From: Octopus vulgaris
Taxonomy: Eukaryota
DNA: 64,000 nucleotides
Assembly (NCBI GenBank): GCA_951406725.2
Contig: OX597827.1
Span: forward strand, 7,812,001 to 7,876,000
Direction of reading: 5' to 3'
Below the pieces are notes generated by a model that was not told the origin of the DNA, searched no databases, and saw only the letters and a list, made by a program, of their open reading frames with translations. Each line of letters starts with the position of its first letter. Within the stretch, counting starts at the first letter, position 1. Below, in pieces: positions 13,782 through 27,808 of this stretch. Made by a program: the position numbers and the translations under genes.

Positions 13782-14250
13782 GTATGTTTATACATGCATC
13801 CATCTACATACCCACTCCCCATATATATATAAATATAAACACACTCAGGATCAAACATACATGTACATTTCTGTCCTGACAGAAAGGGTATGGTTGACTC
13901 TAAGTATAATACTTGAAACAAATCATGTATATAACCTGATTTCCTTTTGCTGGGATCAAGGTCCCACTCCTGTTTGTTTGTTTGTTTTTGTTTCTTTTTT
14001 CCCTCCTTTTATAAGGAACACAGGTATAGTTGACTGAAGGAATGAAATGTAAAGACTCTGGCAGGCTTTGAACTGGGAAATATGACTCATGAAGTTATAT
14101 ACTATAAAGCCTTCTGTTCACTCCCCTTTCAGCACACTAGACTTTCTCAACTTAGAAAGCAATATATGTATGTGTGTATGCAAATATGTATGTGTATACA
14201 TATATAATACAAACACACACACACAAACATAAATACATACATGCATACAT

Positions 14251-14297
<47 letters not shown>

Positions 14298-14305
14298 CAC
14301 ACATG

Positions 14306-14343
<38 letters not shown>

Positions 14344-14431
14344 CACACATGCACATATATATATGTATATACACATGTGTGTGCATGAATACATATAGAT
14401 GGACACACACACATGCACATCTCTTTCTCTC

Positions 14432-14486
<55 letters not shown>

Positions 14487-15020
14487 GTTTGTATTTATAA
14501 ACACATATACAAATAAACAAACAGAGCAAAGATGGAGGAAAGAAGGAGGAAAGAAAGAGAGAGACAAAGTATATGCAGAACCACATATAGAATTAAACAT
14601 ACGGAAACAGAATGTTATGTTAAAGATAAATAAAACATTGATCTAACCAAGATGTATCCTAAGATTTCATTGAAGATAAATTTATATCAAAAGTTACATC
14701 AAAATGGTCTGTTTGAAAGCTATTGATTTTTAAATGCTTTACAATATCATAGAAATTACTGTAATAACTAAAATACCATTCCTCTGAATGCAGTCAGCTT
14801 TAACAGTGTGTGTATGTGTGTATGCATATTATATATATGTATGTATATGTATATATGACATGAGACATATTTATGTCATATATAAAATTTATGTTGTTAT
14901 AAATGCATGTTTATATACAAACCTGCATTGATCATTTGATGTCTTTAAATAGTTATTGAAATATAATTATAGATGCTAGTTTACAAATGAACATGTATGT
15001 ATTTGTATGTGTATAATAAG

Positions 15021-15053
<33 letters not shown>

Positions 15054-15641
15054 GTTAGCCAGTGGCTGTGTGTTTGTTCGTGGCTTAGTAAACGAATGTG
15101 TATGAACATATTAATGTTATCTGATGGTTCATATCTGTATAATGGTGTCTTGGCTACGGCTTTGGTTTGCAATATATATATTTTCAGAGTAGCTATTTAA
15201 ATTCACAATATAAATGTATCTGTGTGCATATGCATGACTGCATGCATGAATGCTTGCCTTTTGATGTCTAACTTGAGGGAGAAGCAATCTCTGTTTGTCC
15301 CAAAGAAGATTTTTTTTAATATTTTTTATTATATTTCTTTTATATTTTTTATTATATTTTTTTTATTACTACTTTGGTGTCTGGACATATGCAAATACAC
15401 ACTTGATCCTTGATTTTCATGACTTATTGTTTCCGCAAGTCACCGTGTAAATCAAAACTGATATAAAGTGAAGGAGATACACTTCTAATGAATTATTAAT
15501 AAAAATCACAAGCAATATGTAAATAGTATTTGTTGAAATGCTTCTAGAAAATACAGTTATCAGGCGTGTGTATGTGTGTGTGTGTGAATATATTTATGTA
15601 TATGTATATGTGTTTGTGTATGTGTGTGTGTATATGTATAC

Positions 15642-15698
<57 letters not shown>

Positions 15699-16166
15699 TA
15701 TGTATATATGCATATGTATGTATGTATGTGGTGGAAGTCAAGTCATGATTGAATAAGATCACTTCTTAAACTTAGTATGTCTGTGAAAATATTCTGACTG
15801 TCCAAGGAGTTTTTGTGTGAGAATTTTTTTTTTTTAGTGGGTAAAGTATTCCACAGTACTTTTCCGTGCAATCAGCCATAAAAACCAATGGCACAGCAGA
15901 GTGTGAAACAACCAGAAACCAACGGCTTTTCCATCTAAGTTTGCCTTCTCCTAGAAAGAAGTTGCAACAAAAACTAGGACTTCTTCACTCCTAGTTCTTT
16001 ACATGTTGATTAACTTATAGCTGGAACCTTAGCAGGTGCTACTACTTCAAGTCAGAATAGAACTGGGAACAATAGTGGCTAAGAGGTGGTTTCACACTCC
16101 TTAAAACCCTGGAACTCCTGCATTAGTGCCCCACAACCTGATACAGTTTAAAAACTGTTGTAATAT

Positions 16167-17446
16167 TGTTATATTCCTTTTTATGTTGGAATATTATATG
16201 GCCACTTTGGTATATAGTATACTTAGTAACACCAGTAAAGACATGACTATCTATGACTACCTACTACGTTCTCTGGTACTTCACATACTTCTCTTTATTT
16301 ATAGCGACTAGGCTATTCCCTTTGTCACATGAGAGGGTTGTACCATTATTACTAATTCCCTACAACATCTCCTCTTTTCAGTTTTTCTTAGGAGGTGTCA
16401 TTTTATTTAGCCATAATTTTTTTATTCACCCTACCTCCCTATTTTGAATTTTTTTTTCATACAATTCAATATTTTTTGTGCTTGGCATCTATTTTAAGGA
16501 ACTCTATATGTTTTCTTTTCCTCTCACTTGTACACCTAGATTCAATCAACTACAGTGGTGTTGATACTTAGAATGTATCATACAGCCATTCCATCGGTTC
16601 CTCCATCTTCTTTGGTTTGCTTTCCATGAATCTCTTTTTCAGTTGGTTCCTGTGTCTCTTTTGTATGCCTTTTCTACTTTTTACCCTATACTTTATTTTA
16701 CCAAAGCATTTGGTAATGTTTATGTCTGAAGGTTTTCTCAGGAATACATAATTAGTGTATTGTTCATGTTCTGTTGCCACCAGTTTTCTCAAGATTAAGC
16801 ACGTTTTCAGTCTTTATATTCTTTATCAAAGATTTGCTCATTTCTTCTGTAGTATGCTTTGAAGGTATCTCCTTCGTCAGATTTGTATTTGAACTCTGTT
16901 ATGGAGTTTGCAATATAGTCTGTAGAAAGCACTTTTTCTGACTTTCCTGAATTCAGTAATTGCAGCATTTTTTGTTGTTGTTGCTTCTGTTGTTGCTCTT
17001 GCAGTTGTATCTGCTGCTGTTGTTGTTGTTGTTGCTTCAGCTGTTGTTCTTAAGTTGTAACTGCTGCTGTTGTTGTTCTTTCAGTTGCTGTTGTTACTGC
17101 TTTTGCAACTCAAGCAAACCAGTCAACAAATTTTCCATAATCTTACAATTTTTTCGTAAAATTCAATCAACAAAATTTTGTGAGTTTATCAACTCCTCTT
17201 CAAGTCTATTAATTCCATCTAAATTGGTTTATCCTCATTGCCACTGTTATAATCCTTTAAAATGTTGGATTATTATACGCCTACCTTGGTATACAGTATA
17301 CTTAGTAAAACCAGTAAAGATACGACTACCTCTGCCCACCTACTATATATTCTGGTGCTTCACATACTTTTCTTTACTTATAGTGACTAGGCTATTCCAT
17401 TCGTAACATGGGAGGGATGTACCATTATTACTAATTCCCGACAACA
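16167..17446 (-). mobile_element. Internally deleted Gypsy-type LTR retrotransposon (1.28 kb)
   Basis: About 201-bp TG..CA direct repeats at 16167-16367 and 17245-17446; TSD AATAT (16162-66, 17447-51). PBS-like TGGCAATGAGGAT and PPT AAAAGAGGAGA on the minus strand. Gag-like LRKLVATEHEQYTNY joined to integrase-tail-like KRHRNQLKKRF. Confidence 0.9.
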
Positions 17447-18199
17447 AATATGGAGTTTTATCTTCTATCCAAAGAGCTTTTTTTCACTTGTTACAACATA
17501 TGCATAATGTATGTTTCAAAGTTACTGAAGCTCCAGTGGTTATTCTGATTTTGATGTGTCCTTAATTTTTTTTAGCATTTTCCTACCAATTACTTTTGTT
17601 TGTAATAAACTGTTCATTGTTCTTGTTGAACACTTTATACTTTGAATGTTATTTACTATATTATTATAATTTCTAAAGTTGACTTTATTGATGTTCAAAA
17701 CTCTATTATTCAGTTTTTTAAATACTTTACAAATAATGGGGGTGTGAACAATGAATAGACAGAGTTATGAAAGTAAAGAGTCAGGTTTCAAAAGGCTGGA
17801 AAGAAGGGAGCACTAGAAAATTATACCAAGTAGTTAGAAAACGAGCTAGGTGACAGGTTTACTTAACAAGGGCAGAAGCAGATTGATTAACTCATTTTTT
17901 AAAAGTTGAATCTGACATGGAATTAGAAAAGAAATTCCTGGTGTGAAAGCAAAACCTGGAATGAAATGGCCATGCATTTAACTTAACAAAGATCTTTTAG
18001 TAAGTAGGAAAATAGTAAAGAGTCAATTCTCCTGACAGAATTCTCAAGTCAATTCTCAAGTTGTAGAAAAAAGAAAGTAGAAATTCTGTAGGGTTTACCT
18101 AGTGAAAACTATGGACACAAAAGAGGCACAGTGCAATCGAATCACAGGAAGATTACCAGAGTAAACAGACTTTGTATGTGGCAAATGTTCAGAATCAAT

Positions 18200-18760
18200 G
18201 CACTCTAGCAACACATGGGAAACAGACTCAGAATGTTACCTAAAGGAAGGAGATAGTTTCAGTTACCTCATAATAAGAGATTAAGCCTAAGTGATTTAAT
18301 TAGCAGGGGAGGATGATGTTTTGAAAGTTCAGTAGCCGGAGTAGGAAGAGACTGGAAAAAGTTCAAAGAGCTATTACCTCTGTTAGTAATGAAAGGTTTC
18401 TCTATTGGACTGAAAGACAGATTGTATGATGCTTGTGCACAAATGGCAATGTTACACAGTAGCGAGAAATGCTGCTCTGTATGCAATGGACTTTTAAAGA
18501 ATAGAAGAAATGAACCAAGGATATTCTATTGGATATTCAATATCAGTGTGCATGAACGACAAAGTATGTATTAGAGAAAAACTGGGCTTACAAAGATTCA
18601 GTTTTAGTGTACAAGAGAGAAGACTGTGATTTGTATGAATGAAAGCTGCTGTATAAAGAATTGCTTATTACAAACTGTGGATGCAACTTGTGGAAGAGAG
18701 CGACTCAGGAAGACATGAGATAAAGTACTGATCTCAAGACATTGAGCTCATCAGAAATAT
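18200..18760 (+). mobile_element. RTE-like LINE ORF remnant
   Basis: RVGRDWKKFKELLPLL..GFSIGLKDRLYDACAQMAMLHSSE; later G..RKT*DKV. Confidence 0.75.
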
Positions 18761-18872
18761 AATCATACTGTAATTTAATACACTTTACTTCTTCAACTTT
18801 TCATTTCACATCCACTTTTACATCAATAGAAATAAGACAACAATTCTTTGCTCTCACAAAACAGTTCTTTCT

Positions 18873-19082
18873 GGTGGCGAGCTGGCAAAATGCTTAGCGG
18901 TATTTCGTCTGCGTTACGCTGTGAGTTCGAATTCCGCCGAGGTCGACTTTGCCTTTCATCCTTTCGGGGTCGATAAATTAAGTACCAGTTACGCACTGGA
19001 GTCGATGTAATCGACTTAATACCTATGTCTGTCCTTGTTTGTCCCCTCTGTGTTTAGCCCCTTGTGGGTAATAAAGAAATAG
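18873..19082 (+). mobile_element. SINE family B (MetaSINE-like central domain)
   Basis: GAGTTCGAATTCC B box; GCCTTTCATCCTTTCGGGGTCGATAAA domain. Confidence 0.88.
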
Positions 19083-19509
19083 TTATTTTTTTACAGTTCA
19101 TTTGTTGTGGGTGATTGTTAATGACCACAGCTGGATTTACCTACAGTTCAAGATGTCTGGTAAGAAGTTATTACGTGGTACTGAAGGTAGTGGTGTGAAA
19201 AGGAACCATAAAAGGATTAGGCTGAATATTAAACTTAATACTTTAAAAAGGTTTGATGCAGGAGAAAAAAAAATCAGCCACATTGCAACGCCTGCTTGTG
19301 GAACATCATCATCATCATCATCATCATCATTGTTTAGCAATATTCAACAATATTCAACAATAGAGTGAAAATTAAGTAAAGTGCTCAAGAAGTTACTCTA
19401 CTAACTTCTTGGACTTCAGAAAATAGGTTAGCTCTTCGATGTATTTATTAAGGTCAGATTTGATATATTGTGGTAATAAGTACTAATTAAAACATTAAAA
19501 CTTTGTATA

Positions 19510-19898
19510 ATGTTGTTATATTTTGGGATGGTCATTTCTTTTCTTTCTTTTTTTTGCAAATAAACACACACACTTCAGCTTTATTATTGTTCTTATTTTT
19601 GTGTCCTTAGTCTTAAATCTTTCCTCACACATCCTGTGACCTCTTCAGTGACTATCCATCCCATGTGTCTCCTCTTGTTCTATTTAGTTCATGAGAATGG
19701 ACTCAGGAGGTCACAGGATGTGTGACAAAAGATTTAAGATAAATGTCACAAAAATAAGGACAAGAATAAAGCTAAAGTGAAGAAAAAATATATAATGCAT
19801 ATATTTATTTGGCAAAAACAAAACAAATGACTGTCCCAAAACATAACAATATCTGTTTCAACACACAATTTCACATAAGGAATCTTGCAAAACAAATA
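19510..19898. mobile_element. Fold-back element with degenerate hammerhead (minus strand, 19652-19610), inserted in the Tigger remnant
   Basis: Arms about 19510-19643 / 19707-19851. Minus strand reads GTCA-CTGAAGA-G-GTCAC(aggatgt)GTGAG-GAAA-GATTT-A-AGAC. Confidence 0.7.
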
Positions 19899-20505
19899 CA
19901 TAAACGTTAAGTTTGTATGATGATTATCAGAAAAAGGAAATTTTTATGAAAATTATTTTCTGACTAGCAGTCTGATTTGAAAAGCAATTAAATTACATAT
20001 ACAACATAAAAATCACTGGTGAAACTGCTAATGTTTATTCAAAGGTTACAATTAATCATCCTGAGCAGCTGAAGAAATGATTGCTTGAGGGGGGCTATAC
20101 ATCAGAACAAGTATACAACATTGATGAAACTGCATTTTCAGTGAAGCTTGTTAGAACTTTTATTCTTTGAGAATAATATTCAACATCCGGATTTGAAGCA
20201 TCCAAAAATTATCTGACAATTCTGTGTCAAAATGCAGCATATAATAGAAAATTAAAGCCCTTTCTCGTGTATCACTGTAAAAATCCGAGGGCTTTAAAGG
20301 GTTACACAAAGTTCAAGTTGCCTCTGACTTGGTGTTCACATAAGAAGGTATGGATGATTAAGAGTCTTTCCAGAAAGTGGTTTACATACATTTTTTTTTG
20401 TCCTGCTGTTGAAAGGTGTAGTACTAGACATAATATTTCTAACAAAACATTGCTAGTTTAAGACAAAGGACTAAACCACCCAGAGAACTTAAATGTACTT
20501 TATGA

Positions 20506-20933
20506 TATTACGTTTTGCAAGATTTTTGGTGTGAAATCGTATGTTGGAACAGATATTGTTGTATTTAGGAATGGTCATTTTGCCAGTTTAGCCAATAAAA
20601 AACACACACACTATATATTTGGTGTTACTTTGTTTCAGCGTTATTTATTTTTTACATTAATCTTAATCTTATTTCGGCCAGAGTTCTTTCGTCACACTCC
20701 TGTGACCGCATCACTTTCTTCTTTCTTATTTGTTATTTGTGTGTCTCACAAATAAGACAGAAGAAAGCAAAGGACCACTGATGCGGTCACAGGAGTGTGA
20801 TGAAAGAACTCTGGCCGAAATAAGATTAAGATTAATGTAAAAAATAAATAACGCTGAAGCAAAGTAACACCAAATATATAGTGCGTGTGTTTTTTATTGG
20901 CTAAACTGGCAAAATGACCATTCCTAAATACAA
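20506..20933. mobile_element. Fold-back element of the same family, with variant hammerhead at 20775-20816 (+)
   Basis: Near-identical arms 20559-20713 / 20779-20933. Motif CCA-CTGATGC-G-GTCAC(aggagt)GTGAT-GAAA-GAACT-C-TGG. Outer tail 20506-20558 is the reverse-complement homolog of 19846-19898. Confidence 0.78.
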
Positions 20934-21989
20934 AAATACTTTATTATGTTAGAATAAAATTTATCTTTGAGAATAGAACTGGTTTGCTGCAGCCAATGGA
21001 TCAAGGCATGATAACTAACTTCAGCATAAGAGATGCTGGGGATAACATAGCTGATACCTGAGTTGAAATATAATCCTCAACTATAAATAATGCTTGGAAA
21101 AACATGTGGCCAGACTGTATCCATGATTATGCAAGATTTCCATGAGTAGAACGCCTACATCAAAGTCAAAAAGATATTGTGATACTTGCAGATGACGGTG
21201 GGTTTGAAAAACTCACTGAGAATAATGTAGTTGAGTTGCTGGTGTCCCATAGATTAAGCTTATCTAATGAGGAGCTGATGTTCTCAGAATAAGAGCCAAC
21301 TGGGAATACGGATGAGAGTATGGCAATTCTACCAAGTCCTCTTAAACTGACTACAAAGAACTGAAGGGGTTGTCACTTATAGAGAGGAAGGTCTGCAAGT
21401 TTTTGCCGATAACAACCTTAATTGTGCGCATCACATAAAAATTACTCGAGGAATTTACAATGAGCTCAGTTCCTACACTGAGCTATACAGAGAAAATTAT
21501 GCTCCATAAACATCAAAGAATTTTGGATAAGTTCTTTGCATCTCAAATAGATGCTACTGCTGCTGCTGCTAAACTATAAGGTCAACGATAGTTTTTCTCC
21601 ATTCTTCTATTGACTCTCATTCCACCACCAACAACCCTCACTCTGTTGTGGACATTTTTTATGCTAAAAATGTACCCTATTACTATATTACGATTCTTAT
21701 TTATTCCCTAACGTATTTCTCTTCAAATGTTTTTTATGTACACACATTGTACAGTGTATATTTGGAAATTGTTATTTTCATGCATAAAGTTGTCATGCCA
21801 TTTTCTTTTTCTTTTTTCTTTTTTTGGTTACTTTATTATTTTTTTTATACATCAGTAGAATATGCATTATCACTTTATAACATGAAAATCAATGGAAAAG
21901 TTAATTTTATGTTATGGGATTTCACTTGCAGAAAATTTTTCTGGAGAGCATTATTCCCGTATTGCAGGAGATTCCCATTTCCATGAAAA

Positions 21990-22408
<419 letters not shown>

Positions 22409-22721
22409 ATCATGGTGACAGTGACTACAAAGTTTAGGCCTGCCAACTATATGTACTCTACAAAATGTTATGAATTATCCTTTAGTTTAATATTAAATTG
22501 TTTTTATTATAACTCAATATAAAAACAATAATATATATGTGTGTGTATGTGTGTGTGCATGTGTGTGTAGCTATCTTTCTCTTTCTTTTTATATATATGA
22601 ATATATATATATATTTGTATACACATTTTCATTTCATGTATATGCATGCTTATGTGTATATATATATATATATATATACACGCACACAGGCATACACACA
22701 CTCATATATGCACACAAACAC

Positions 22722-22757
<36 letters not shown>

Positions 22758-23559
22758 TTAAATTACTTGTGCATTAACAGTTTGTTTGTTTCAATGTGAT
22801 ACTGAATTATAGAATATATCTATAGATCTTAGCCAATGCAACATTGGGGCTAAACACTACACACAATATATTTGATAAATGAATATTGTGTTGACCAATC
22901 CTTCACTTCTAGCTACTGATGAGTCTGTCACCAGTTCAGATTATATTTTCACATTAAACCTATATATATTTATTTAACATATGCATATGATTTCATATGT
23001 ATATTTGATTTAAAACAAAACTACATTGGTTCTTTTGTTGATAAAGCCTGTCTGTTAGACAACATACATTTTTTCATAAGATATTCTCTCATTAAATTTG
23101 GTTGCTGAAAGTGGGGTTAGTGATCTTATGATAAGTCTTGGGACAAAGAAACATGTCAGTACTTATAGCTACCAAAGTTTCTGAGACAAGACAAAGAATA
23201 TTTTTATAAAACACATATGCTTTTGTAAATTCAGATAGTGTTTTTTACATGCCACCAGTACAGAAGCCAGTCATGGGGCACTTTATTTATCCAAGGACAG
23301 TCAATTATTGGGGGATAGCATTGTATATTGTTTTACCACCAACGCCATGTAACAAAAAAAAATTCACCCAGTATATTCTGCATAGTGGTTAGTACTAGGA
23401 AGGGCATGCAGCTATAGAAGACACGCCTAATCAAAGTTCAGAACTCAATGCAATTCTCTAGCTTGTTGGATCCCGTAAAACCAACTAATCCATGCCAGTA
23501 CGGAAAACAGATGGTATTATTTCCAGTTAATCAACTATTTCCACTTAGCTTTGAAGTTG

Positions 23560-24618
23560 ATGATGATGATGTTGGCGGTGGTGGTAGTGGTGGTGGTGGT
23601 GGTGTGGTGGTGGTGGTGGTGGTGGTGGTGGTGGTGTGGTGGTGGTGTGGTGGTGGTGGTGGTGTCAGTGGTGGTGGTGGTATAGTGGTGGTGATGGTGG
23701 TGGTGGTATGGTGGTGGTGATGGTGGTGGTGGTGGTCATCGTCGTCGTCGTCATCCTGTTGGTGGTGGTGGTGGTGGTATGGTGGTGGTGATGGTCATCG
23801 TCGTCGTCGTCATCGTGTTGGTGGTGGTGGTGATGATGCTGATGATGATGATAATGATGATGATGGTGATGATGATCATGTTGATATACATAAGTTAACC
23901 TATTACACCCAGTAATTTAATCAACATTCGTTATCATTGTCGATAATGTTGATGCTGTTGTCTTTGCCATTCTTGTTGCTGTCACCTTTATCATCCTCTT
24001 CACTGACCACCCACCCCATCCCACCAATTTTTTTATCTATACACAAACTCTAAGACTACTGAGCTGCTGGGTTACTAGAGATATTTTCTTTCTGACCACC
24101 TCTCCACCCCCACCCCCCGTATTCTCTTCTAGAAATGTAAACATCTTATATGAAAGCTTCTTAAATAATTAATGTTTCAACCCCATGTAATAAATGCTCT
24201 CTACCTAAGTTAATAATTTTTGCCTTTCATTTTTTGTTTTTTTTATTTATTTCTCCTTTACCTGTAAAGTTATATATTTTACCTCAGTTAAGAAATATTC
24301 TCCAACTCACAGACCTTCATTCTTAAACTTACCACTGCATTTTTCTTAGTGGTTGAGGTGGTGGGTTTGGTGGTGGTGGTGCTGGTGCTGGTGGTGGTGT
24401 GGTGGTGGTGGTGGTGGTGGTGGTGGTGGTGGTGGTAGTGGTGGTGGTGGTGGTGGTGGTGGTGGCATTGACAGCAGTGGTGATAGTGGCCAGCATCATC
24501 ATCATCATCATCATCACCACCATCATCATCATCATCGTTGTCATCATCATCGTCATCATCATCATCATCACCACCACCATCATCGTCACCACCATCATCA
24601 TCATCAGCATCATCATCA
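23560..24618. repeat. Two compound trinucleotide arrays (GGT/GAT 23560-23880; GGT then CAT/CAC 24350-24618)
   Basis: Directly visible in the sequence. Confidence 0.95.
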
Positions 24619-24726
24619 AAAAAATCTAACTCCATCAATAATTGCATATTCTCACATACAAATTTTTTAAGTGTATGAGAAACTATGGAAATTCCTTTTA
24701 GATACTAGATATACTTTAAGGTTATG

Positions 24727-24815
<89 letters not shown>

Positions 24816-25539
24816 GAAGGCATCACATTGGGATTTTTCATTATGAGTGGAAAAGATCTTGTGCATTTAATTGGTAGAAGCTTGACAAGATAACTAATAA
24901 ACAATTTGCGTAGTAAAGAAACTAAACATAAAAAACACCCACAAGTTTTGTGAATATGTTATATTACACATTCCTCATTTTTTTTTTTATCAATGTATTT
25001 ACAAATTTTAATACTCTTAAACACAATAAATTTAGATGTGAAAAAGGCAAACATATTTACATTTGGGAAGCTCCACTAGAATATTTCTTTCTACTGATAC
25101 AAAATCTGAGGGAATGTGTTTTTTAAATTTATATACCTGGTGAAGAAATGAAGAGTTATCTTGATTCAGAGCAAACATTGAATCAATAAAATTCCAAAAT
25201 CTGAACCATATGAATAATGGATTCTTTATTTTAAAAAAAGAAAATATTTTTAGGCTAATGTTTCTTAATTTAGTGTTAGTGTAAGAGACTTGTAAATTAT
25301 GGCTTTCCAAAAGTGTTCCCAAGATAGTTGAAAAATATTGCAAAGAATAACTGTGAAGAAAAGGAAGAAGGTTTTACAAATATTTCACTGATAATTAATA
25401 AGCTTCTAGCAATTTCTTTGCAAAATTTTAACTAAAACTTTTGAAGAAAACAAGATTTTGAAACTCAATTTGTTAGAAATGTAACTGGTGTTTAATGAAT
25501 AAGGAGTATAGCAAAAATCTTCAAATACCAAAGCAATAG

Positions 25540-25805
25540 TTAGATGTCTGATGCTGTCTTTGGTAAAGCAGGCAGTGGCTTGCTAAAGGAAGAAAAGCCA
25601 CATTTTGTTGGTAATGTCTGTGTGAGAATTGTTGTGCTTAGGTTATTAGTTCTAATTAAAGACTGTGCATGTAACGAAGTAACATTAGTGTGTCCAGTGG
25701 TGTTGAAATTTCCTGTCTGATATGAAGAATTGGTGCCAGAACTAGCACAAACTTGGAACTGACTTGTTGAGGCTTCCTGGAAGTCATTTTGGTGAGGATG
25801 AAGAC
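25540..25805 (-). CDS. Protocadherin terminal coding exon (G-LHPHQNDF...GFSSFSKPLPALPKTASDI*)
   Basis: Pyrimidine-rich acceptor ttcttccttgttttcaaag|GT completes the split Gly codon, followed by 87 codons to TAA. Ser/Thr-rich tail ends in KPLPALP, which resembles octopus protocadherin C-termini as I recall them. Confidence 0.82.
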
Positions 25806-26261
25806 CTTTGAAAACAAGGAAGAATACAATCAAACATTGACTTTAGTAGTGATTATTAAGATAATAAGAGGACAATAAATATATCCAAAATCAAGCTGTA
25901 TCATAAAGATTTTTTTTTAGTGTTACATCTTCTACACATACACCATGTTGTACACTAGATATATAGTATAGTAAATGTTTAATCAAATGAACATAATAGG
26001 ACAATATAATAGGACAATATTATAAAGCATAATAATGATAATTGTTTAGCCCTAGTTTACCTAGAATAACATTATTTTCTTACAGGGATATGCAGTCAAC
26101 TTTTATGACTAGGTGTCGTCAAAAGAATCTAAACACATTTCATGACTCTGAGCAAAAAATAAAGCATAGAGCTGACTCTAATTGGGGTTAAATTCAGAAT
26201 AAGAAAACTCTGATCTAGGCAAGGAAAAAATCAAGCCTAGTCTAATATCTTATATGAGAAT

Positions 26262-26761
26262 TGTGGTGTTATGAGCCAGGCTATGTTGTAGGGAAGGGCT
26301 GGAAGTGAGGGAGTGCGTATGTCCTGTTGAAAGTGGGGCCTGTGGGTCCCATCAGAAGGGATGCCGTAGTGGGCATGTGGTGGGGTTGGTGAGGTGCAAG
26401 CAGCCAGTCGGTGGTGGACAGCGTTTGGGAGTAGATGTGTCAGATGGTACAGCAGTAGACAGAGCATGTGGATGTTGTGAGTGACCCTTCCAGATCGAGA
26501 CAGAGCATGTGGACATTGTGAGTGACCCTTCCAAATCGAGATAGAGCATGTGGACGTTGTGAGTGACCCTTCCAGATCGAGACAGAGCATGTGGACATTG
26601 TGAGTGACTCTTTCAAATCAAGATAGAGCATGTGGACGTTGTGAGTGACCCTTCCAGATCGAGACAGAGCATGTGGACGTTGTGAGTGACCCTTCCAGAT
26701 CGACAGGTAAGACTGCCACAATTCTCTCTTTGCTTCCATCTTTTTCCTTCTTCACATCACA
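26262..26761. mobile_element. Solo LTR (500 bp)
   Basis: Ends TGTGGTG...CATCACA, 5-bp TSD AGAAT (26257-61, 26762-66), GC-rich against the AT-rich background. Confidence 0.8.
26461..26704. repeat. 41-bp minisatellite, 6 copies
   Basis: AGAGCATGTGGACGTTGTGAGTGACCCTTCCAGATCGAGAC starting at 26461, 26502, 26543, 26584, 26625 and 26666. Confidence 0.97.
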
Positions 26762-27390
26762 AGAATGTAAAATAATATTTTGATAAATATGAACTCTATG
26801 TGGCAATTTCTAGTTCCATATAATGCTTGGCATAAGTTTTAAGGAATGATGATTCTTTCTTAGTGTCAATTACAGGAAGATTTAATTAGAGATAATTAGA
26901 GAAAAAAAACACTATTACTTATGATTTGTTAAAAGAGATTACATATAATTAATTAGAAGTAATAGCCATATTACTCCAGTGAATTTAAATTTCAGGTAGG
27001 TATCCTCTGAGATACCTTTTTTATCACTCTCTACTTGGTCTGGAATTGGTCTGGAGGAAGGAGCTGTGCTCATAGTCTTCACATTTCCTCAGAGACTTGA
27101 GACAGATGTGGCTTATGTTCCTCTTGAACAGGTACAAGTTGACAGGAAAATCATATGCAGGGAGTGACTTACACAAGGTGGTGAGAAGGAAGGTGTGTGC
27201 ATAGTGGTTAGTTTGGTGCCTGGGTTAAAGGGATGGGAACAATACGGGTAAAAGAAGGAGTAAAGACAAGTAAGCTGTAAGTACCTGTGTGTGGTAGTGA
27301 TGATGGGTAGGGGCGAGTATTCAGCCAGCTCTACGGGGTTAAGTCACTCTAGTTGCAGTAGAAAAAGGCAAAGATGAAGCTGTTATAAAA

Positions 27391-27808
27391 TACTCTTTAC
27401 TCTCTTTTACTCTTTTACTTGTTTCAGTCATTTGACTGCGGCCATGCTGGAGCACCGCCTTTAGTCGAGCAAATCGACCCCGGGACTTATTCTTTGTAAG
27501 CCCGGTACTTATTCTATCGGTCTCTTTTGCCGAACCGTTAAGTGACGGGGACGTAAACACACCAGCATCGGTTGTCAAGCGATGGTGGGGGGACAAACAC
27601 AGACACACAAACACAGAAACACACACACGCATATATATATACATATATACGACAGGCTTCTTTCAGTTTCCGTCTACCAAATCCACTCACAAGGCATTGG
27701 TTGGCCCGGGACTATAGCAGAAGACACTTGCCCAAGATGCCACGCAGTGGGACTGAACCCGGAACCATGTGGCTGGTTAGCAAGCTACTTACCACACAGC
27801 CACTCCTG
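27391..27808 (-). mobile_element. SINE family A
   Basis: High identity to other young copies. Confidence 0.93.

Larger units (their letters stand above)
19150..21980 (+). mobile_element. Tigger/pogo-type transposon remnant
   Basis: CENP-B-like N-terminus (MSGKK..RIRLNIKLNTLKRFDAGE), then GGYTSEQVYNIDETA, LKPFLVYHCKNPRALKG and LQPMDQGMITNF. Many stops; ends approximate. Confidence 0.88.

Noticed and set aside
16855-16882. CTGACGA-AGG..CCT hammerhead-like string (minus strand)
   Set aside because: No GAAA, and it lies in the gag-like frame.
22910-22950. CTGATGA-GTCTG..CAGAT
   Set aside because: GAAA, stem III and stem I are missing.
26461-26704. CRISPR-like regular repeats
   Set aside because: Head-to-tail with no spacers, and inside a eukaryotic LTR.
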